Below, in pieces: positions 25,387-32,000 of a stretch of DNA of 32,000 bases (the stretch's first letter is position 1; each line of letters starts with the position of its first letter). The notes below the pieces were generated by a model. It did no database searches. It was not told the origin of the DNA and saw only the letters and a program-made list of their open reading frames with translations. The DNA is from Caldivirga maquilingensis IC-167. Its GTDB lineage: Archaea; Thermoproteota; Thermoprotei; Thermoproteales; Thermocladiaceae. Position numbers and translations under genes: made by a program. The stretch is from the NCBI RefSeq assembly GCF_000018305.1, contig NC_009954.1:180001-212000 (forward strand). Direction: 5' to 3'.

Positions 25387-26400
25387 ATGAGGGCTCTTGT
25401 TTGGACCGCAGTAGGTAGGATGGAGATTAAGGATGTTCCTAAGCCAATTCCTCAACCTGGCTGGGTCGTTATGAGGGTTAAGTACACTGGTGTATGCGGC
25501 TCAGACATAGGTGGATTCCTAGGTAAGAATGAACTTCGTAGGCCACCGTTAATAATGGGTCATGAATTCACCGGTATTGTTGAGGAGGCTGGACCAGGGG
25601 TTCCTAAGGAATACATTGGTAGGCTCTTCACCGTCAACCCAATAATTGGATGCGGTCACTGTAGGTATTGTAGGAGCGGGTTAAAGAACCTGTGCGTAAT
25701 GAGGAAGATAATAGGCATTGATTACCCTGGAGCTTACGCTGAATACGTCGCAGTACCTGTGGATAACCTATACCCTGTAAGTGACCCAGTTAAGGGTGCC
25801 TTAGCCGAACCATTAGCCACATCATTAAGGGCCGTTAGGTTATCTGGAGTCAGCCTGGGTGATTCAGTACTGGTTATTGGCGCTGGCCCAGTGGGTTCAC
25901 TGGCGATTAAGCTACTTAACATAGGCGGTATTAAGGATATTACTGCAATTGATATTAACGCTAATAGGCTTGAGTGGGCTAGGAGGTGGGGTGCCTCAAA
26001 GACACTTAGCACCACTGGGGAGGAGGCCTTGAAGACTATTAGGGAGCTTTACCCCGAGGGCTTTGATGCCGTTATTGATGCCGTTGGGTCAACAGACACC
26101 AGGAGACTAGCCATTAACACTGTACGTAGGGGTGGTAGGGTTGTGTTCGTTGGTTTACACGATAATGAGACTTCAATACCAGGGAACCTGATTGTTAGGG
26201 GTGAAATAGAGATTAAGGGATCCTTCTCCTACACTGATGAGGACTTCCGCAGGGCCGTGAATATAATTGAGTCTGGTTTACTTGACCCAAGGGAGGGTTG
26301 GGTTGACATTAGGCCTCTTGAGAAGGGCCAGGAAACATTCACTGAGTTAGCGGGGACTGAGACGAAGTACGTTAAAATAATGTTAACCCCAGGTGAGTAA
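25387..26400 (+). CDS. Zn-dependent medium-chain dehydrogenase/reductase (threonine/sorbitol dehydrogenase-like)
   Basis: 337-aa ORF. It carries GVCGSDIGG and GHEFTGIVEEAG (catalytic Zn), CGHCRYCRSGLKNLC (structural Zn), and the GAGPVGSLA Rossmann motif. It overlaps the next gene by 8 nt. Confidence 0.85.
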   Translation: MRALVWTAVGRMEIKDVPKPIPQPGWVVMRVKYTGVCGSDIGGFLGKNELRRPPLIMGHEFTGIVEEAGPGVPKEYIGRLFTVNPIIGCGHCRYCRSGLKNLCVMRKIIGIDYPGAYAEYVAVPVDNLYPVSDPVKGALAEPLATSLRAVRLSGVSLGDSVLVIGAGPVGSLAIKLLNIGGIKDITAIDINANRLEWARRWGASKTLSTTGEEALKTIRELYPEGFDAVIDAVGSTDTRRLAINTVRRGGRVVFVGLHDNETSIPGNLIVRGEIEIKGSFSYTDEDFRRAVNIIESGLLDPREGWVDIRPLEKGQETFTELAGTETKYVKIMLTPGE

Positions 26401-27598
26401 CGTGAATGATGTTGATGCATCAATTGAGCCTAAGAGGATTAAGGAGGTTAGGGCGTACGTGGTTAAGGGTGGTGGCGCTGATTACCATGATCAATCCAGT
26501 GAACACTGGATACTGGGCTACATAGCAACCCCCATTTCAATATACCCGGAGTACAGGGCTAGTAGGGCTTCCTGGGGACTTAACGTACTGGGTTCAGTGG
26601 TTGTTGAGGTTGAGTCAAGTGATGGTGAAGTAGGGTTCGGTATAAGCACTGGTGGTTACCCAGCGGCCTGGATAATTGAGAACCACTTATCAAGGTTCGT
26701 GGTGGGTAAGTACGTTGGTGAGGTTGAGAAGACTTGGGATCAAATGTTTAAGGCTACAATATACTATGGGAGGAGGGGGATTGTTATGAACGCTATTTCA
26801 GCTGTTGATTTAGCCCTATGGGACCTAATGGGGAAGGTTAGGGGCTTACCCGTGTATGACCTGCTTGGTGGACCTGTTAGGGATGAGTTAACCTTCTACG
26901 CCACTGGTCCAAGGCCTGATGTGGCTAAGAGCCTCGGCTTCATAGGTGGTAAACTACCTTTAATTCATGGGCCGGCTGATGGTATTGAGGGGTTGAGGGA
27001 GAACGTGAGGATTTTCAAGGAGGCTAGGGAGAAGGTTGGTGATGACTTCCTACTAATGTATGATTGCTGGATGAGCCTAGACCTACCCTATGCTCAAAGG
27101 CTTTTAAGTGAACTTAAGCCCTATGGCTTATTCTGGATTGAGGAGCCATTCATTCCAGATGACTACTGGTCCTTCGGGGCATTAGCCAACATTGCCCCAC
27201 CAACCCTAGTGGCCAGTGGGGAGCATGAGTCCACTGTGCATGGGTTTAGGCTGCTTCTTGAACTTGGTAAGGTTAATGTAATTCAACCAGACGTAACGTG
27301 GGTTGGTGGAGTAACACCTATGATTAAGATTGCTGCATTGGCTGAGGCCTATGGGGCGTGGGTTATTCCACATGGCTCAAGCGTGTACGGTTACCACTTC
27401 ATAATCACTAGGGTTAACAGCCCATTCGCAGAGTACTTAGTAGTATCCCCGGACGCCACTAAGATTGTTCCTCAATTCCACCCACTACTGAGGGATGAGC
27501 CTATTCCCCAGAACGGTAAGGTTAGGCTTAGTAGGAAACCTGGCTTTGGAGTTGAGTTGAATAGGGATCTATTAGTTAGGCCCTTTAAATCAACTTAA
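26393..27598 (+). CDS. rhmD: L-rhamnonate dehydratase (enolase superfamily, YfaW/RhmD-like)
   Basis: 401-aa ORF with a GTG start. The N-terminal IKEVRAYVVKGGGADYHDQSSEHWILGYIATPISIYPEYRASRASWGLNVLGSVVVEVESSDGEVGFGISTGG closely tracks my recollection of E. coli L-rhamnonate dehydratase (GGDYHDQ..HWI..HIATPMS.Y......R.S.G.NVLG.LVVEVE). WIEEP and the barrel motifs are also present. Confidence 0.85.
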   Translation: MSNVNDVDASIEPKRIKEVRAYVVKGGGADYHDQSSEHWILGYIATPISIYPEYRASRASWGLNVLGSVVVEVESSDGEVGFGISTGGYPAAWIIENHLSRFVVGKYVGEVEKTWDQMFKATIYYGRRGIVMNAISAVDLALWDLMGKVRGLPVYDLLGGPVRDELTFYATGPRPDVAKSLGFIGGKLPLIHGPADGIEGLRENVRIFKEAREKVGDDFLLMYDCWMSLDLPYAQRLLSELKPYGLFWIEEPFIPDDYWSFGALANIAPPTLVASGEHESTVHGFRLLLELGKVNVIQPDVTWVGGVTPMIKIAALAEAYGAWVIPHGSSVYGYHFIITRVNSPFAEYLVVSPDATKIVPQFHPLLRDEPIPQNGKVRLSRKPGFGVELNRDLLVRPFKST

Positions 27599-29547
27599 CC
27601 AGCAACCTTATTGAAAATCCCCTTAACAGTATCCCAGGTGATTGGGTTACCTTCATTAGACTCAATTACCACTGATGGCCCTGGCACATGCTCAATAATA
27701 TGATCCACAGGTATTTGCCTAGCCTCAGGATACCTCTTAATGAATAATTCCCTAATCCTACCAGCAACCTCACTCCTCTCACTGTTACCTGGCTTAAGGG
27801 TAATGTAGTAATTCGCCAGTGAACCCATGGCTGTTGGTGGTGCTGATACTAGCCTAATCACGTCACCGTCAATCCTTAAACCCACACTAATAATTAACTC
27901 AACACCCCTAACCCACCCCCTCTGTCCATATATCATGAATCCACCCTTAGACAAGTACTCGCCACTGGGCGCCTTCTTACTAACCTGCTCACCCTTAACG
28001 TAGTAGACGTCTATTGAATTAGCCCCAAGCTTCCAAGCCTTGGAGTAGGCTGCGGCGTATTGAGCAGCCTCAATTAAGTCCTGTTGCTTAACCTCCTGGC
28101 CCCTAGTAACCTTAATCACCGTCACTGGGCCTCCTTGAACATCAGCGTGAAGAAAGAGGTCCCATGGATTCATGTACCTCTTAACAATGGCCTCATTCTG
28201 CCCAGCATCCTTACCAGCTAGGACCGGTGAACCACCACTGGTTATGAACCACCTAAACCTCTCAAACCACTCCCTACTGGCCACGAATCTAACTGCCGCC
28301 CTAGTCTCCTCAGTGGCTTCATTAACCCTACTCCTTAATTCATTCACCTTACCCCTTAATTCCGTTAACTTAGCCTCAGCCGCCTTAGCCTTCTTCTCCA
28401 GTCTCTTAGCCTCCTCAAAGTACTTGGCCGCCGTCTCCCCAGGACTCTCCCCCAATGTTAACTCAACCTCATTATTATTCACCGTAACCTTCACTGTCTT
28501 CCTCAATGGATCATAATCAATCACCTTAATGCCACCATACTCAATACCCTTAACCTTAGCCTTGAAGGAATCCTTATCAGCCATGTAGGCGCGCAGCAGC
28601 GCCTCATGAAGCTCACTAAACTCATAGAGCCTACCCATGATTAACTCACCCCTCCTCCTAAGGTTCTCAGCCTCCCTTAAGTAACCACCCACGGTGTCCT
28701 CAAGTTCCTTAATGGATGACTCAAGCCTAGCAATCTCATCCTCAATACCCTTAACCCTCTCCTCAGCAACCCTCTCAACCTCAATTGAGGTGAAGTAATC
28801 GTCAACAGCCTTATTGAAGCTCTCAACCTCCTTGAACTCACCCTTAATTGAGCTAAGGGGTATGGGGGATACGTATGATGGTGAAGCATATATGACTGGC
28901 TTAAGCCTACCTAAGTGAAGAACCTCAAGAATACCCCTAATACTTCCCCATACTAGAACCGGGTCACTGCACCCAGACCTGGTGCAAACCTCCCTGGCCC
29001 AATCAGTACCTAACCCAAGACCCTTAGCTAAGGCTTCATCACTTAAGCCTGAATCCTCAATGAGCTTAAGTAGATTATCGAAGAACCTTGGATCCAGGAA
29101 CCTCCTCGGGGGTTCAATGTAGGTTGATCCAACCTTAACCTCCCTATCCTTACCCCTGTACTCGTGTAGAAGCCACTTAACCTTACCATCAACAGTGAAC
29201 ACCATGTTGAAGGGTGGTATTAATTCAATGGTGAGTCTACCGCAGTTTAAGTCAATACTCATCACCCTATCTAAGTTAGCCTCAAACCTATTTATCACGC
29301 AGTCCTCAATAAACCTCCTAAGGGGACTGGGGGATAAGCCTTGAGGTATCCTCCAGGTTCGACTAATCCTCCTTGGGTTAGCGATAAGGTAGGCTACATC
29401 AGATGCCCTAATCTTAAAGTAATGCGAGTCACCAAGCCTATAAACCCTAATCAACCTCCCACCACTCAACGTGGCGTTAAGCTCAACCGCTATGGCCACT
29501 AAGTCAAGCGCATTAAGGGTCTTCTTAACGGGCACAGGCTTAGGCAC
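27595..29547 (-). CDS. NFACT-family protein, archaeal Rqc2/RqcH (NEMF, FbpA-like) homologue with a DUF814/NFACT-R domain
   Basis: 650-aa ORF. It has an NFACT-N-like start (LNALDLVAIAVELNATLSGGRLIRVY), a central coiled coil (EDEIARLESSIKELED...KAKAAEAKLTELRGKVNELR), and the C-terminal pattern WDLFLHADVQGGPVTVIK typical of NFACT-R. Confidence 0.8.
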   Translation of the reverse strand: MPKPVPVKKTLNALDLVAIAVELNATLSGGRLIRVYRLGDSHYFKIRASDVAYLIANPRRISRTWRIPQGLSPSPLRRFIEDCVINRFEANLDRVMSIDLNCGRLTIELIPPFNMVFTVDGKVKWLLHEYRGKDREVKVGSTYIEPPRRFLDPRFFDNLLKLIEDSGLSDEALAKGLGLGTDWAREVCTRSGCSDPVLVWGSIRGILEVLHLGRLKPVIYASPSYVSPIPLSSIKGEFKEVESFNKAVDDYFTSIEVERVAEERVKGIEDEIARLESSIKELEDTVGGYLREAENLRRRGELIMGRLYEFSELHEALLRAYMADKDSFKAKVKGIEYGGIKVIDYDPLRKTVKVTVNNNEVELTLGESPGETAAKYFEEAKRLEKKAKAAEAKLTELRGKVNELRSRVNEATEETRAAVRFVASREWFERFRWFITSGGSPVLAGKDAGQNEAIVKRYMNPWDLFLHADVQGGPVTVIKVTRGQEVKQQDLIEAAQYAAAYSKAWKLGANSIDVYYVKGEQVSKKAPSGEYLSKGGFMIYGQRGWVRGVELIISVGLRIDGDVIRLVSAPPTAMGSLANYYITLKPGNSERSEVAGRIRELFIKRYPEARQIPVDHIIEHVPGPSVVIESNEGNPITWDTVKGIFNKVAG

Positions 29548-29595
29548 TATTCCCCCTTATTAAACACACCACTTAATGAATTAAAACCGTATCCA

Positions 29596-31356
29596 TTAAT
29601 GATATGGTTGCTTATTGGGCATTAGGCTTCTTAATCTCTCGGTGTAAGCCTTATTCATGTTCTCCATGGTTAGTATCCCCAGGAACTCACCGTTACTCAC
29701 CACTGGTACCCAGGTGGTGCCCAGTTTACTCATAACTGTTAATGCATCGTAAAGCGTGGACTCAGGGGTCACGTACTGGGTATCCCTAATAATGTAGTCA
29801 CTAACCTTCCCCCTGCCACCATTCATGTTATAGATACTGATCAAGCCTATGAACCTCCCATCATCAACAACAGGCAACGCCGTGTACCTGAGTCTAAGCA
29901 TTGTGTTTAAGGCTTTACCAGCATCATCACTTGGACTCACCACAGGTCCCTTAATTATTCTACAATCCTTAACCTTAAGCTCCATGATGAGTGGTACCTT
30001 GTATTCATTAGCATGGGCTGGGGAATCCCTCCTAGTTGGGACTTGGGCCCTATATATCGTATAGTCACCTGATACTATGTAGGCTATTGCCACGGCTATC
30101 ATGGCTGCAGGCAATAATTGATAACTACCCGTCATTTCAATAACCATGAACATTACCGCCAAGGGGGCTTTAGCAGAAGCCCCGAAGAGCGCAAGCATAC
30201 TCACTATTACAAATGGCGCAGGATTAGGGGTTAAGCCTGGTGTCAGGTAGTGGAAAAGAAGCCAAGCATCAAAACCAGTGAAAGCCCCTATCACTATGCC
30301 TGGCGCAAAGACACCACCACTACCACCTGAACCTACTGTGAATGATGTTGCAATAATCTTGAGGAATGGTAGCAGTATTAGAATCATAAGCGGTGGTATT
30401 AGTACTGGTGACGCAAATGCATTAACATTATTGAACTCAGCTAAGTTAACCCAACCATAACCAGTGCCTAATATTTCAGGCACCAGTAGGCCTATTAAAC
30501 CAGTGGCAAGGCCACCAATTACAGGTTTCACGTAGTTGCTAATCCTCCACCTCTTGAAGGAGTCGTGAATGAAGTAGAAGGTCTTCACGTAAAGTACCGC
30601 TACTAATCCATCCACTATACCGAGAACGGCGTATAATGGTAACCTTAATGGATTGAAGACACCGGTGTAGTACCCGAATATTGGGGTGAAGCCAACAATG
30701 GAGCTAAATATTGAGTAACCCACCACTGAGGCCACTAGGGCCGGGAATAAGACCTCAGTCTCCATATCCCTCTTATAAAGCACCTCAGCCGCTAATATTG
30801 CTCCACCCATGGGTGCCTTAAATATTGAACCAATACCAGCACCAATACCAACAGCAACAGCAATCCTCCTATCCTCAGCAGATAAGCCTAATAAATCGGC
30901 TATAAACGACCCAATACCAGCGCTTAATTGAGCCGTGGGCCCCTCCCTACCGGCACTTCCCCCTGACCCAATCGTTATGGCTGAGGCTATGAGTTTAATA
31001 GGCGGTATTCTCCTTCTAATCCTGCCTTGAAGCCTATGAAAGGCATTAATCGCCGCATCAGTCCCATGACCCTCAGCCTCAGGAGCCCAGGTATACACTA
31101 TTAAACCTGAAAGTAACCCACCTAAGGCAGTGGACACCGGTATTAACCAAAGCCTACCTGCATGAAGTACGTAGTTTAATGAACCACCCTCCCCTATGGG
31201 TAGAGGTGGTTTAAAAGCAATTAACCTAACCATGAATAAGTACTCCATGAACTTTAAAGTGAAGTAGAAGGCTAATGCCGATAAACCAGCAACCACACCA
31301 ATCACGATTCCTAAAATAAACCACTTGACATAATACGGCAACTCACTAATGTTCAT
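29596..31356 (-). CDS. ClC-family voltage-gated chloride channel/H+-Cl- exchanger with a C-terminal CBS pair
   Basis: 586-aa ORF with ClC selectivity motifs GSGGSAGREGPT, GSGGSGGVFAPG and GIGSIFKAP, about 10 TM helices, and a C-terminal tandem CBS-like region (ALPVVDDGRFIGLISI ... WVPVVSNGEFLGILTM). TATA-like TTATAAA (minus strand, 31380-31386) lies 27 nt upstream of the ATG. Confidence 0.9.
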   Translation of the reverse strand: MNISELPYYVKWFILGIVIGVVAGLSALAFYFTLKFMEYLFMVRLIAFKPPLPIGEGGSLNYVLHAGRLWLIPVSTALGGLLSGLIVYTWAPEAEGHGTDAAINAFHRLQGRIRRRIPPIKLIASAITIGSGGSAGREGPTAQLSAGIGSFIADLLGLSAEDRRIAVAVGIGAGIGSIFKAPMGGAILAAEVLYKRDMETEVLFPALVASVVGYSIFSSIVGFTPIFGYYTGVFNPLRLPLYAVLGIVDGLVAVLYVKTFYFIHDSFKRWRISNYVKPVIGGLATGLIGLLVPEILGTGYGWVNLAEFNNVNAFASPVLIPPLMILILLPFLKIIATSFTVGSGGSGGVFAPGIVIGAFTGFDAWLLFHYLTPGLTPNPAPFVIVSMLALFGASAKAPLAVMFMVIEMTGSYQLLPAAMIAVAIAYIVSGDYTIYRAQVPTRRDSPAHANEYKVPLIMELKVKDCRIIKGPVVSPSDDAGKALNTMLRLRYTALPVVDDGRFIGLISIYNMNGGRGKVSDYIIRDTQYVTPESTLYDALTVMSKLGTTWVPVVSNGEFLGILTMENMNKAYTERLRSLMPNKQPYH

Positions 31357-31475
31357 TAATACGCTGAGGAATTAAGGCATTTATAAGGCTTATTGTACAA
31401 CATCATTACCCTTTAAACCCAGCATCATTGGTTCTCATTTAATTAATAAATCGTAATACTGGTAAGGTATTTAAC

Positions 31476-31502
31476 CCGGTACCGGCAAGTTACCGGTACC
31501 GG
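31476..31502. promoter_or_regulatory. Twin 10-bp palindromes (CCGGTACCGG x2), operator-like, between TATA box and start codon
   Basis: Perfect palindrome CCGGTACCGG occurs at 31476-31485 and again at 31493-31502, 17 bp centre to centre. The pair lies downstream of TATA-like TATTTAA (31468-31474) and ends 1 nt before the ATG at 31504. Confidence 0.35.
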
Positions 31503-31503
31503 T

Positions 31504-32000
31504 ATGAAATTCATATTCGGTAGGGAGATTCTTGACCCATCGGAATTCTATGATAGGGAGGAGGAACTTAAGGTACTTATTAATTCATTTAAGGTTAGGC
31601 AACCAATTGCAGTTATAGGTTATAGGAGAATGGGGAAGTCGTCATTAATTAATGTTGCTCTTAAATTAATGGATAATGAAGATACAGTAACCGTTAAGGT
31701 GTCTTTAGAGGGGGTTAGAAGCATTAGGCAGTTTCTCGACCTTTACGTTAGTAGTATTCTTACGGAGACCGTTAGGAAATCGATTAGACTTAAATTGAAG
31801 GTAGACTTAATTAACATTAGAGATGCATTACATGCATTACTCGGCGCTGTGAGGGAGGCTGGGGTTAGGTTTAATGGACTGGACTTCTACGTTAGGCTTT
31901 ACACTGATGTGATTGATTATAAGGTTAACATGATTAAGGCATTGGATGAATTCCTTCAAATGCCCCAGAAGATTGCTGAGGAGTTGGGTAAGAACATGGT
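31504..32000 (+). CDS. Archaeal ATPase family protein (Arch_ATPase/AAA-type, PF01637-like), 5' partial; it runs off the window
   Basis: This ORF is not in the supplied track because it has no stop in the window. I translated it by hand from the ATG at 31504: MKFIFGREILDPSEFYDREEELKVLINSFKVRQPIAVIGYRRMGKSSLINVALKL... It stays open through 32000. The F.(G/N)RE.EL..L prefix followed by Walker A G.RR.GKSSL is the signature of this family. Confidence 0.75.
   Translation, partial: MKFIFGREILDPSEFYDREEELKVLINSFKVRQPIAVIGYRRMGKSSLINVALKLMDNEDTVTVKVSLEGVRSIRQFLDLYVSSILTETVRKSIRLKLKVDLINIRDALHALLGAVREAGVRFNGLDFYVRLYTDVIDYKVNMIKALDEFLQMPQKIAEELGKNM

Noticed and set aside
626-30460. Twenty-four short ORFs in the supplied track lie antisense to, or out of frame within, long well-supported genes: 626-823, 888-1094, 2499-2735, 4680-4922, 5333-5599, 6025-6207, 7464-7811, 7969-8154, 8773-9012, 12045-12413, 15565-15939, 16288-16527, 17761-18087, 18596-18787, 19677-19877, 23658-23882, 24062-24265, 24178-24393, 25734-26015, 26229-26423, 28172-28516, 28677-28889, 29849-30064, 30278-30460.
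   Set aside because: All are shadow ORFs embedded in genes with strong family signatures. Their translations are low-complexity (Ser/Leu/Thr/Pro-rich) with no motifs, which is typical of antisense frames.
1-32000. Whole-window scan for CRISPR arrays, IS elements or transposases, integrases, rRNA genes and long tandem repeats.
   Set aside because: No regularly spaced direct repeats occur in any ORF-free span (1-486, 2736-3543, 4904-5271, 11247-11553, 16725-17027, 19981-20615). No ORF has transposase or integrase motifs. No rRNA-like sequence was seen.

Overview
The window reads as a chromosomal segment of a thermophilic crenarchaeon, possibly Thermoproteales-like. That placement is an inference from three things: archaea-specific informational genes (Cbf5, TiaS, L14e, L37e, Rrp41/Rrp42, archaeal DnaG), TATA-like boxes about 25-28 nt upstream of many start codons, and a sequon-rich membrane protein. 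I support 24 protein genes. Most are housekeeping (translation, RNA processing, ribosome quality control) or sugar and sugar-acid catabolism: a gluconate-dehydratase-like enzyme, GH57, and a GH78 rhamnosidase cluster with a Zn-dehydrogenase and L-rhamnonate dehydratase. I saw no rRNA, CRISPR array, transposase or integrase. The clearest accessory region is a very AT-rich island at about 3180-4940. It holds an overlapping two-gene operon, a 232-aa helical protein of unknown function followed by a 227-aa VapC-like PIN-domain protein, next to a decayed tRNA-Ala(GGC)-like element. This is my best candidate for an undescribed toxin/defence-type module, but that reading rests only on motifs read by eye. 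Other unexplained signals: a well-formed C/D-box sRNA candidate with its own TATA box (20206-20254); a GC-rich structured block (about 20057-20159); a long ORF-free stretch downstream of cbf5 with hairpins and a 10-bp direct repeat; twin 10-bp palindromes between the TATA box and start codon of a partial archaeal-ATPase gene at the right edge; and a wHTH-MMPL operon divergent from an uncharacterised 491-aa membrane protein. All family assignments come from motif recognition and memory, not from searches.
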